From an uncultured Acidobacteriaceae bacterium (GTDB lineage: Bacteria; Acidobacteriota; Terriglobia; Terriglobales; Acidobacteriaceae): 64,000 nucleotides of DNA. The stretch covers positions 3,712,342 to 3,776,341 of the forward strand of contig CAWJCK010000003.1 of the NCBI GenBank assembly GCA_963841345.1, written 5' to 3'. Below the pieces are notes generated by a model that was not told the origin of the DNA, did not search any database, and saw only the letters and a program-made list of their open reading frames with translations. The translations under genes and the position numbers were made by a program. Shown in pieces: positions 50,819 through 60,495 of the stretch; within the stretch, counting starts at the first letter, position 1; each line of letters starts with the position of its first letter.

Positions 50819-51877
50819 CTACTCCGCCTTGAGCGAAGCCATATCGATCGAGAAGCGATACTTCACGTCGGACTTCAACAGCCGCTCATAAGCCTCATTA
50901 ACCTTCTGGATCGGAATGACCTCAACATCCGAAGTGATGTTGTTCTTCCCGCAGAAATCAAGCATCTCCTGCGTCTCCGGAAGGCCACCGATCGGAGAAC
51001 CCGACAGGCTCCTCCGCCCAAAGAGCAACCCGAATGCAGCAACCGCCAGCGGCTTCTCCGGAGCGCCGACGAGCGTGATGGTCCCGTCACGGCGCAGAAG
51101 CTGGATAAACGCGTTGATGTCATGATCCGCAGAAACAGCATCGAGAATGAAATCAAAGCTGCCCGCGTGCTTCGCCATCTCATCTGCGTTCTTCGAGATA
51201 ACAACCTCATCGGCGCCTAGCCGAAGAGCATCGTCCTTCTTCCCCGGCGAAGTCGTGAAGACCACCGTCTGCGCTCCAAGCGCATGAGCGAACTTCACGC
51301 CCATGTGCCCAAGTCCGCCAAGGCCCACAATGCCCACCTTCTTGCCCTTCGTCACACCCCAGTGCTTCATCGGCGAGTAAGTGGTGATGCCCGCACACAA
51401 CAGCGGCGCCGTTCCCGCAAGATCGAGGTTCGACGGAACACGCAGCACAAAGCGTTCATCGACAACAATGCTGTCGGAGTACCCACCATAAGTCACACCG
51501 CCAGTGTGCTTGTCCGGAAAGTTATAAGTGAGCGTGATGTTCGGGCAGAACTGCTCCAGCCCAGCCTTACACTCGGCGCAGGTCCGGTCCGAATCCACCA
51601 AACATCCCACCGCACCGAGATCGCCGGCTTTGAACTTCGTGACAGCCGACCCAACCTTTGTCACCCGCCCAACAATCTCATGCCCCGGAACGCAGGGATA
51701 CACCGTCGGCATCACTTCCTTCCACTCATTACGCGCCTGGTGAAGGTCCGAGTGGCAGATACCGCAGAAGAGGATCTCGATCTGAACATCATTCTCAGTA
51801 GGTTCCCGCCGCGCAATCGTGGTCGAACCAAACGGCGATGTTGCACTGGCAACGGAATACGCTTTTGCGTTGTACAT
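50819..51877 (-). CDS. Zn/NADP-dependent alcohol dehydrogenase (YahK/cinnamyl-ADH-like)
   Basis: CGICHSD, GHEIVG, CAGITTY, GLGGLGHMG. Confidence 0.93.
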   Translation of the reverse strand: MYNAKAYSVASATSPFGSTTIARREPTENDVQIEILFCGICHSDLHQARNEWKEVMPTVYPCVPGHEIVGRVTKVGSAVTKFKAGDLGAVGCLVDSDRTCAECKAGLEQFCPNITLTYNFPDKHTGGVTYGGYSDSIVVDERFVLRVPSNLDLAGTAPLLCAGITTYSPMKHWGVTKGKKVGIVGLGGLGHMGVKFAHALGAQTVVFTTSPGKKDDALRLGADEVVISKNADEMAKHAGSFDFILDAVSADHDINAFIQLLRRDGTITLVGAPEKPLAVAAFGLLFGRRSLSGSPIGGLPETQEMLDFCGKNNITSDVEVIPIQKVNEAYERLLKSDVKYRFSIDMASLKAE

Positions 51878-52098
51878 TGGTTTTCTTAATCTCCCGGCTG
51901 AAGGTATATGCGAGGTGTGCTGCAGTTGGCAAGCAGGATGAGGCTCTCAATCCCCGCCCAATCTGAATCCTACGGAGAGAGACCCTCGCAGCGCTTTCCC
52001 AATCCTGCCTATTCTTTGCCTAATCCTGTTTGCATTTGAATTTTGTGCACAAAGCCAATCTCGAGCATTAGGCTGGAGAGCAAGCGGAGGAAAGCACC

Positions 52099-53049
52099 AT
52101 GCCGAAACAAATGGCAAAGCCCACGCAATCGAACCCAGCCGTGATCGAGATGCGCAAAGCCCTGACCACAAAGGTTTCTGTGCGCGCACCACTGCTCGGC
52201 GAAAATCCCACTCCCGTCCCCGGCCTCGCGCTCTACCGCCGCACCACGACCACCGCATGCTATCTCGCCACCTACGAGCCCAGCCTCTCCGTCTTCCTGC
52301 AGGGGCGAAAGCAAATCAACCTCGGCGGCACCGAATACCTCTGCGACGGTTCGTCCTTTCTCCTCACCTCGATCGACGTCCCCGTGCAAAGCCAGATCGT
52401 CGAGGCCTCAGAGCAAGTGCCCCTGCTCTCCATGTATCTCCGCCTCGACATGCCGACCGTGCGCGAGGTCCTCAGCCGCGAAGATATCCCCGACCCCGCA
52501 ACCTCAACGCAAGCTCGCGGACTCGCCGTCGGAGAAACCACCGTCGGCCTGCTCGACGCCTGCGCCCGCCTCATCGATCTCCTCGACACTCCCGAAGACA
52601 TCCCCTTTCTCAGCCCCCTCATCCAGCGCGAAATCGTCTACCGCATCCTCCGCACGCCACAGGGGGTGCGTCTCCGCGCCATCGCCACCGCCGGCGACCT
52701 CAGCCACCGCACCGCCCGCGCCATCGCCTGGCTCCGCGCCAACTACGCCAAGCCGCTCCATATGGAGCAGCTCGCCACCGTCGCCCGCATGGGCGTCTCC
52801 ACCCTCCACCACCAGTTCCGCGCCCTCACCGCCATGAGCCCGCTCCAATACCAGAAGCAGCTCCGCCTTCAGACAGCCAGGCAGCGCATGTTGATGGACG
52901 GCATCGACGCCACCGGAGCCGCCTACGAAGTCGGCTACGAAAGCGTTAGCCAGTTCAGCCGCGAATACAGCCGCTTCTTCGGCCAGCCACCCATGCGCGA
53001 CATCAAAGCCCTCCGCGAAGGAAAAGTCGTCGCCATCAACGCCGCGTAA
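52099..53049 (+). CDS. AraC-family regulator (YqhC-like), divergent from ADH
   Basis: YEPSLSVFLQGRK, SPLQYQKQLRL, VGYESVSQFSREY. Confidence 0.92.
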   Translation: MPKQMAKPTQSNPAVIEMRKALTTKVSVRAPLLGENPTPVPGLALYRRTTTTACYLATYEPSLSVFLQGRKQINLGGTEYLCDGSSFLLTSIDVPVQSQIVEASEQVPLLSMYLRLDMPTVREVLSREDIPDPATSTQARGLAVGETTVGLLDACARLIDLLDTPEDIPFLSPLIQREIVYRILRTPQGVRLRAIATAGDLSHRTARAIAWLRANYAKPLHMEQLATVARMGVSTLHHQFRALTAMSPLQYQKQLRLQTARQRMLMDGIDATGAAYEVGYESVSQFSREYSRFFGQPPMRDIKALREGKVVAINAA

Positions 53050-53091
53050 GCCCGATGAATGTCGTTCTCATAAGTTCATCAACTGCCGCGC

Positions 53092-53940
53092 TGTCATCCT
53101 GAGCGAAGCACGAAGTGCGAGTCGAAGGACCTGCACAGACTCGCCCCAAGAACATTGTCATCCTGAGGCGAAGCCGAAGGACCCGCGGTTGGGATGCTAG
53201 CCCCACCACATAAATGGGTGCCCCATCCTACGCGGCTTCATCGCGTAGGGTGGGTGGATCAAATCTCCCCACCTAACAAATGTCATCCTGAGGCAAAGCC
53301 GAAGGATCTGCGGTTGGGATGCTAGCCCCACCACATAAATGGGTGCCCCATCCTACGCGGCTTCATCGCGTAGGGTGGGTGGATCAAATCTCCCCACCTA
53401 ACAAATGTCATCCTGAGCAACGCGAAGGACCTGCGGTTTACTTCATGCCGCGCCCAAAGGCGCCGGGTGCCCCATTCAAGCCCTCCGTGTTGGGCTTGAG
53501 TGGGATCGCAGACTTACCGCTCCGACAATCGCCATTCCCAGAAAAGATGTCATCCTGACCCTGAGCATCGCGAAGGGAAGGATCTGCGGTTTGCCTAATG
53601 CCGCGCCAAAGGCGCATCCAATCCTCGAACCACTCTCATTCCCAGAAGGAATGTCATCCTGAGGCGAAGCCGAAGGACCTGCGGTTTGCCTAATGCCGCG
53701 CCAAAGGCGCATCCAATCCTCGAACCACTCTCATTCCCAGAAAGAATGTCATCCTGAGCGACGCGAAGGATCTGAGCTTCCAGCGATACCGGGGTGCTCA
53801 TTCAAGCCCCCGGTGTTGGGCTTGAGTGGGATCGCGGACCCACCCCTCGAACAACCGCCATTTCAAGAACAAATGTCATCCTGAGGCGAAGCCGAAGGAT
53901 CTGCGGTTTACCTAATGCCGCGCCGAAGGCGCATCCGACC
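53092..53940 (+). repeat. Array of 8 co-oriented TGTCATCCTGA..GAAGGA(C/T)C palindromes interleaved with GGGTGC-type REPs
   Basis: Units start at 53092, 53156, 53281, 53406, 53548, 53652, 53747, 53874; two near-identical 125-nt tandem units. Confidence 0.92.
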
Positions 53941-54016
53941 TGCAGTTCGCGATGATTGCTTATTCCCCAAACGTGTTACAGACATCCACCCCAACCCCAG
54001 CTAAACTAAATCTCCG

Positions 54017-54812
54017 ATGGCAACAGGAGCCCAAACTACAACGCTGGCGATCATCCACGTCGAGGGATCAAACCCGCCAGCCTTCGTCCTCACCCGCTCC
54101 GACCACAAATCCCTCGCGCCAGTCAACATCCTCACCCCCTACGAATTCCCCGTAGAAGGCAGCCCCCAATTCCGCCTCATGCGCCAGCTCCGCTGGTATC
54201 TCGAACGCTTCCTCGACTACCCATACCACCCCGACACAATCGCCGCCGAACACGTCCTCGATGCCTTCAAAGAATGGGGCAGCCAGGCCTTCAACGCCAT
54301 CTTCGACCGCCGCGAAGCAGGAGAGTGGCTCAAACAAGCCAACATCAGAGAGAGACTTGGTAGCAGCGGCAACTTGGTATCTCAAAGCGGTCGCGCTCGA
54401 CGAAAAACTGGGCAAACTATACGGAGCCGCCATCTCCCATCACCAGTTGGGCGTGGTCGCCGCAAAACAGGGCGAATTTGAGACCGCACGGAGGTGGTAC
54501 CTCAAGTCCCTCGGCATTAAGGAGAAGCAGGGCAATTCGCACGAAGCGGCCAGCACCTATCACCAGTTGGGAAACCTCGCTCAACAGGAACGCGACTTTG
54601 CAGGGAAAGAGGGAAAGGGGGAAGCTTGCGCCAGCTGGCTGACTCGGTCCATAGCAGGTTTTCGCCAGACGTCCGATCAGCGCTCAGCGGGGCGCAACGC
54701 CAGGCACTTTCTTCGGTTCTATGAGAGCGCATCCCCGGAAGACCAACAGAAGATGGAATCCATCTGGCACGAAGCAGATCTCGGCCCCTTCCCAACCCAA
54801 TCCGAGTCCTAG
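54017..54812 (+). pseudogene. Internally deleted CHAT/TPR-type protein remnant
   Basis: N-terminal LRWYLERFLDYPY..WGSQAF segment joined out of frame to TPR repeats (HQLG..A..QGEFETARRWYLKSL). Confidence 0.55.
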
Positions 54813-55475
54813 CGCCTCAGCCGCACTAACCCGCGAATCGGACCGCCTCCCAAATCATGGAGCGACCCCCAAATTTGAGACAGAGTAAGAAGTCCCCATT
54901 TTGATGGAATGGAGGCTTTGGATGAGTCGGAAGTATCGGGTATGGAGTTTGTTGGAGAAGCGGGCAGCGGTTGACCGGATGGGGAAGGAGAAGCACGGTG
55001 AACTGGCGGCCGAGCTGGGGATCTCGAAGCGGCAGCTGTATGCCTGGCGGGACCTTTTTCGGCGTTTGAGGGAGACGGCGAAGAAAGAAGGCAGCCGGGA
55101 GCGGGCCTTGGAGGGGGAGAACCGGAAGCTGAAAGAGGCGCTGGCGACCAAGGTGCTGGAAGCGGATTTCTTACAAGGTGTGTTGCGCAGAATCGAGGCT
55201 CGACGCCAGCCGACCAGCGGCTCCGGCGAGACTGCATCTACGAAGAGGTCCGAGTGATGCGGTCTGCAGCGCACCTTAGCATCGAGTCCATGTGCCGTCT
55301 GGGGCAGGTCAGCCGGGCGGGGTTTTATCGTCATTGGAAGCAGCATGAGCCGCGCGTCGAGCAGGCCGAGCTGCGCGCGCGGATGCACCAGATCGTGCTC
55401 ACCCACCGGCGCAACTATGGTTATCGCCGGGTCACGCAGGAGCTGCGCAACCAGGGCTGGGCGGTGAACCACAAA

Positions 55476-55512
55476 CCGGGTCCCCACGGACAGGTCTTCG
55501 TCCGTGGGGTGG
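55476..55512 (+). repeat. 37-nt hairpin element inserted in IS3 orfB
   Basis: Removing 55476-55515 restores AVNHK-RVARLM; AAA on both sides. Confidence 0.8.
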
Positions 55513-55891
55513 AAACGGGTGGCGCGGCTGATGGCCGAGGACAACCTGCTGTGCCTGCGCAAGCGCAGCTTCGTTCGCACCACCGACTCCGGCCACGATC
55601 TGCGCGTCTGGGTAAACCTGGCCAGCCGCATGCAGCTGACCGGGATCGACCAGCTCTGGGTGGCCGACCTCACCTTCCTCCGGCTGGCCGAGGAGTTCCT
55701 CTATCTGGCCGTGGTGCTGGACGCCTTCTCGCGCCGCGTGCTTGGCTGGGCGCTGGACCAGCGGCTGGATGCAAGGCTTGCGGTGGCCGCTCTGCGCCAG
55801 GTGTTATCGGTAATCTAAAATTCCCCAGATTCGGCGTTTGAAAAATCCCCAGTTGAGGACAAACCGATCATTCTGACCGAGGAGGGTCGGG

Positions 55892-57151
55892 ATGGTGCGA
55901 CTGGAGGGTTTCATGGAGATACAGCAGCTTCATCACGACGGGGTCAGCGTCAGCGAGATAGCACGGCGATTGGCCCTGGACCGCAAGACGGTTCGGAAGT
56001 ACCTGCGTCAGGCGCCACGAGAGTACGAGCGCGTGCCTAAGAGTTGGAAGGTGGATCCTTTTCGCTCCTATCTTCGGGAACGCTGGGAGTTGGGCGTACA
56101 CAACGCGACGCGCTTGTTTGTGGAGATCCGCAAGCGCGGGTATGACGGTTGTCTTACACAGGTGAAGACCGTAGTGCGGCCGTGGCGAAGCGAAGGCCAG
56201 GAGCGGGCGTTCGTCCGCTTTGAGACCGCACCCGGCGAGCAGGCGCAGATGGACTGGGGCCACTTCGGCAACTGGGACGGCAAGCGGCTGTACGGATTTG
56301 CACTGACCCTGTGCTGGTCGCGGATGCAGTACGTGGAGTTCACCCAGCGGCAGGATGCGGAGACGTTGTTGAACTGCATGATGCACGCGATGACGTTCTT
56401 CGGCGGTATCCCGGCGACGGTGCTGACCGACAACATGAAGACGGTGATCCTGGACCGGATTGATGGTCAGCCGCGCTTTCATCCGAAGATGCTGGACTTC
56501 GCCAGCTACTACGGTTTCCTACCGCGGGTCTGCCATCCATATAGGCCACAGACCAAGGGCAAGATCGAGTCCACGATCCGCTACATCAAGGGCAGCTTCT
56601 GGCCAGGCCTAAGCTTCGATTCGCTCGAGGAGCTGAACCGGCTGGCGCTGGTCTGGTGCGAAGAAGCCAACCGGAGGGTCCATGCCACCACCCGCGAGGT
56701 TCCTCTGCAGCGCTTCCCTCACGAAGGGCTGATGCCGTTAAACGGCCAGCCTGCCTATGACACCAGCTATGTGAGCCATCGCCAGGTCGCGAAGGACTGC
56801 CTGGTGGCCTATCGCGGCAACCGTTACTCGGTGCCGCATGTCCACGCCGGCAAGAACGTCGTTGTTCGCGAGCCGCTCGACTCGGGCACGATCCGTATCT
56901 TTTCTCAGCAGGAACTAATCGCTGAACATCGTCTGTCCACGCGGCGCGGAGAGATGGTCGTGGAGCGGTCCCACTATGCCAGCCTGCCGCGAAGATTGCG
57001 TCTGCCGCGCTTCCGCGCAGATCGTCGGATCGTAGAGCTGACACCCGGTCCGGGAGTTGGCCTCCACTATGTGGCACCAGAGGTGGAGTTCCGGCCGCTG
57101 TCGATCTACCAGTCGATCTGTGAGGAGGTGGCCCATGTCGCTTCAGTCTGA
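55892..57151 (+). CDS. istA: IS21 transposase IstA
   Basis: RFETAPGEQAQMDW, LTDNMK, PQTKGKIE. Confidence 0.95.
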   Translation: MVRLEGFMEIQQLHHDGVSVSEIARRLALDRKTVRKYLRQAPREYERVPKSWKVDPFRSYLRERWELGVHNATRLFVEIRKRGYDGCLTQVKTVVRPWRSEGQERAFVRFETAPGEQAQMDWGHFGNWDGKRLYGFALTLCWSRMQYVEFTQRQDAETLLNCMMHAMTFFGGIPATVLTDNMKTVILDRIDGQPRFHPKMLDFASYYGFLPRVCHPYRPQTKGKIESTIRYIKGSFWPGLSFDSLEELNRLALVWCEEANRRVHATTREVPLQRFPHEGLMPLNGQPAYDTSYVSHRQVAKDCLVAYRGNRYSVPHVHAGKNVVVREPLDSGTIRIFSQQELIAEHRLSTRRGEMVVERSHYASLPRRLRLPRFRADRRIVELTPGPGVGLHYVAPEVEFRPLSIYQSICEEVAHVASV

Positions 57152-57917
57152 ACGCCTGCTCAACCACATGCAGGGTCTGCGCCTGACTCATCTGCCCTAC
57201 TGCTACGAAGCACTTGCCGAAGAGGCATCCGTGAAGGACCTCCCCTACCTTGAGTTCCTCGAGCAGGCGCTGGAGGCGGAGAGTCAGGCCAAGCATACCC
57301 GGAACGTGCGGCTGAAAACCCAGTGGGCCCACTTTCCCTATAAGAAAGGACTGGATCAGTTCGACTTCGCCTTCCAGCCGTCGGTGGACGAACGCAAGTT
57401 GCGGGAACTGGCTGGCCTGGCTTTCCTCGAACGCAAGGAGAACGTGCTGCTGCTCGGACCGCCGGGGGTGGGGAAGACCCATCTCGGCATCGCGCTCGGC
57501 ACCGAAGCCATCGTGGCCGGCTTCTCCGTCTATTTCCTCACCATGCAGGATCTGGTTCAGCAGTTCCAGCGCGCCCGCGACGAGAACAAGCTGAAGGAGA
57601 GGATGGCCCTGCTGGTCAAGCCCAAGCTGTTGATCCTCGATGAGATCGGCTATCTGTCGCTGGACTCCTTCGCTGCCACCTGCCTCTTCCAGCTGGTCAG
57701 CGAGCGATACGAAAAAGGCTCGATCATCCTGACCTCGAACAAGAGCTACGGCGATTGGGGCTCCATCTTCGCCGACAACGTCATCGCCTCGGCCATCCTG
57801 GACCGGCTGCTCCATCACTCCACCACCATCAACATCAAGGGCGAGAGCTATCGGCTCAAAGACAAGAAAAAGGCCGGCGTCATCACCGCAAAACTGCCTG
57901 CAAAGGACGGAGGCTAG
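57135..57917 (+). CDS. istB: IS21 helper ATPase IstB
   Basis: GPPGVGKTH, LILDEIGY, TSN..W...F, AILDRLLHH. Confidence 0.95.
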   Translation: MSLQSERLLNHMQGLRLTHLPYCYEALAEEASVKDLPYLEFLEQALEAESQAKHTRNVRLKTQWAHFPYKKGLDQFDFAFQPSVDERKLRELAGLAFLERKENVLLLGPPGVGKTHLGIALGTEAIVAGFSVYFLTMQDLVQQFQRARDENKLKERMALLVKPKLLILDEIGYLSLDSFAATCLFQLVSERYEKGSIILTSNKSYGDWGSIFADNVIASAILDRLLHHSTTINIKGESYRLKDKKKAGVITAKLPAKDGG

Positions 57918-59012
57918 ATCGCCACAGTCCGCGCGGAAGCATGCGGCTCCGGGCTCTGCCCTCCGCCGCATCCTTCCGCCACACCTTAACTCGCCTCAGG
58001 CTGGGGAATTTTCAAGCGTCCCTAAGTGGGGAATTTTCAGTTGACGATGACACCAGGCGATCGACCTGCGCCAGCCTGCCCCAGGCCTGGTGCATCACTC
58101 TGACCGCGGCGTGCAGTACGCCTCCAATGCCTATGTCGAGCTGCTGCTCGAGCACGGCATCGCACCCAGCATGAGCCGGGCCGGCAACCCGTACGACAAC
58201 GCAAAGTGCGAGAGCTTCCTCAAGACCCTCAAGCAGGAGGAGATCTACACTCGGCAATATCGCGACCAGGCCGATCTGGAGGCCCACATCGGCCAGTTCC
58301 TGGAGCGGTATTACAATCGCAAGCGGCTGCACTCGGCGCTCAACTACCGGACGCCAGAGCAGTTCGAACAAAGTCTGTTAGCCAGCCCGGCAGCGGTGCC
58401 GGTACCAAGCATGAGTTTTTTCAGGCATGGGGGAATCTATCGTCCCGATGTTCACCGACAAGCCGGGGAGGAGCCGTTATGACCCCTCCCCAGCCCATCG
58501 CTCTTACCGCCCATCGGTGCGATGAGTTCCAGCCGGGTATTCCTTGGCGAATTGCTCTCCAGCAGAACCCGCCTCCGCTTCCCCGGCCAACCTCAGCCTG
58601 CAACAGCAACTCCCGTTCGCCAAGAAAATCCCAGCGAGCGGCGCAAAGGGACTTCTCTCGCTGTCTCACCCCAGGGGGTCACTCCACCGTGTCAAGTACC
58701 TTCCTCGACAACACCGCACCCTAACCTCAGTGATCCCAGCCACTTAGAAGCAAAAAATAGTTGGCACAGTGAACCACCCCAACTTGATAAACTGGATATA
58801 GGGTTCAAGAAAAAGATTGGGAACCTCAAAGGCAACTGCCGCTGAAGCTGTCGAAGGGTTCGTTATCTGTGTTCACGGCTAATTCGTCGAAAAAAGGATT
58901 TTGAAGCACGCCCCAGACAGAATCAAGATTTATGCCAAAAATGGGCTCCCCAAGCCGCTGAAACTAAAGAACTAAGGCAGTAATAGGGGGGAGGGGGGGT
59001 ACCCCCAATCCA

Positions 59013-59363
59013 TCACATCCCCGGCATCGGAACACACTCCAGCACCTGCACCGAAGACCCAGGCATATGAAAGTGAGGATGGCCCTTCAACAGCGCCACC
59101 GCCTCATCGATCGACTCCGCCTGCAGGATGCTGTAACCGGTAATCGCCGTCTTCTCCGGAGCATGCGACCCTCCGGTTAACGTCGTCGAGTTGTCCAACG
59201 GCGCGCCCAGGTCGACCACCGCCCCGCCGGTGCTGTCGTACCAGGCCTTCCAGGCCGCCATCCCCGCCGCCATCTGTTCCGGCGTCGAATTCGCAAACAT
59301 CTCCGCAACAGACGCCCCGCTCAAAGCGCCTTCCGCCCGATACAAAACCAGATATTTCTTCAT
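59013..59363 (-). CDS. YciI-like small protein
   Basis: MKKYLVLY, AWKAW, VDLGAPL, ITGYSILQAES..EA..LLKGHPH. Confidence 0.7.
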   Translation of the reverse strand: MKKYLVLYRAEGALSGASVAEMFANSTPEQMAAGMAAWKAWYDSTGGAVVDLGAPLDNSTTLTGGSHAPEKTAITGYSILQAESIDEAVALLKGHPHFHMPGSSVQVLECVPMPGM

Positions 59364-59559
59364 AAGCCCCCAACCATCCAGAGTGAACAACCCACCAACA
59401 ATAGTCTTCTCGCTTGAAACTGAGGGAAATAATTTCCACCTTCCTGCAACCAACAATTCACCAAACATTGATCATTCCGGACACTTCTCCATGCTTGTTC
59501 CGGAGTATCCTGAGGGCAAATGAAGCGAATCGACAACACGATCATGTTAGGAGATAAAC

Positions 59560-60411
59560 ATGAATACTCTGATAGAAGCGCGGAGCGCAGGCCTCCGCCT
59601 GCCCTCACCCCAAGCTAACCCATTCAACCGTGCAATCCTTCCCTCTTCGATGCAGGAGCTTAGAGCAAAGTTCACCTCCTTCGACCAAACCCTCGATCTC
59701 ACTCCCATCAAATACAAACTCATGAAGGACAAGGATTGGACGCTCGAGCGCGCCAATCAAGTCGAGCCTCAGTACAAGGCGTTCCTCTTCCTCATCGGCT
59801 CCAGGGTCAAAGCCGAGTTCGTTCCCACCTTCGACATCGACGAAATGTGGCACATGCACATTCTCGACACCCGCAAATACATGACCGATTGCGCGCTGCA
59901 CTTCGGCGAGTACATTCATCACTATCCTTACCTCGGCATGAAGGACGCGGAGGACCGCTCCCGAGCGGAAAGCCTCTTCGCCGCAACCTGCACAACCGTC
60001 GCCGAAGCCTTCGGCATCAATATCCACGACCTCGACGCCACCAGCTGCGGCGGAGGCGGTTGCGGAGGCCATGGCTGTGGCGGACACGGCTGCGGCGGAG
60101 GCCACTCCAGCTGCGCCAGCGGACACTCCGACTCCGGCAGCCACGGTGGTCATGGCACTAATAACGACAGCGGCGACGCCGGAATCATCTCCAGTTGCGG
60201 CTCGAACGGCGGTGATTCCGAACGCAAGCGTCGCCAGCCTCCAGAGGACGACTCCGAGAAGAAGGCCGGATTCTGGCGCCGTATCTTCAACCTGTCACCG
60301 ATGGAAGGGAAGGACGACTGGTACGCCTCAGTCACTCCGGAGTTCTTCGATGCAACTGAATTCCGGCCCGATGCTTCATCCCTCCAGGTGATGTCAAAGA
60401 GCGTCAACTAA
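59560..60411 (+). CDS. Glycine-rich-domain (GRDP/DUF1399-like) protein with Cys/His/Gly repeat tail
   Basis: DWTLERANQVEPQYKAFLFL, VPTFDIDEMWHMHILDT..Y..DC...FG..IHH.P; tail SCGGGGCGGHGCGGHGCGGGH. Confidence 0.75.
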   Translation: MNTLIEARSAGLRLPSPQANPFNRAILPSSMQELRAKFTSFDQTLDLTPIKYKLMKDKDWTLERANQVEPQYKAFLFLIGSRVKAEFVPTFDIDEMWHMHILDTRKYMTDCALHFGEYIHHYPYLGMKDAEDRSRAESLFAATCTTVAEAFGINIHDLDATSCGGGGCGGHGCGGHGCGGGHSSCASGHSDSGSHGGHGTNNDSGDAGIISSCGSNGGDSERKRRQPPEDDSEKKAGFWRRIFNLSPMEGKDDWYASVTPEFFDATEFRPDASSLQVMSKSVN

Positions 60412-60431
60412 AGTCTGAACCGTAAAAGGCA

Positions 60432-60465
60432 AAAGCCGGACTCCGTAACAACGGAGCCCGGCTTT
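60432..60465. terminator. Intrinsic terminator between convergent genes
   Basis: AAGCCGGACTCCG-TAACAA-CGGAGCCCGGCTTT. Confidence 0.7.
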
Positions 60466-60495
60466 CTGGTGTTCCAACTCGGAAGGCAGACCCGA

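Larger units (their letters stand above)
55802..58052 (+). mobile_element. IS21-family element (istA/istB) with 5-bp target duplication CCAGG
   Basis: IRL TGTTATCGGTAATCTAAAATTCCCC, IRR(rc) TGTCATCGTCAACTGAAAATTCCCC; CCAGG at 55797-55801 and 58053-58057. Confidence 0.95.
54858..58686 (+). mobile_element. IS3-family element, disrupted by a 40-nt insertion and an IS21
   Basis: IRL TGGAGCGACCCCC..TGAGACAGAGTAAGAAGTCCC, IRR(rc) TGGAGTGACCCCC..TGAGACAGCGAGAGAAGTCCC; orfA ~54923-55257; orfB DDE pieces (WVADLT, LDAFSRR, HHSDRGVQY, CESFLKTLK); no target duplication seen. Confidence 0.92.

Noticed and set aside
53092-53940. CRISPR array
   Set aside because: Repeats vary internally, spacers are duplicated and 35-110 nt long, spacers contain other REPs, and no cas genes are present.
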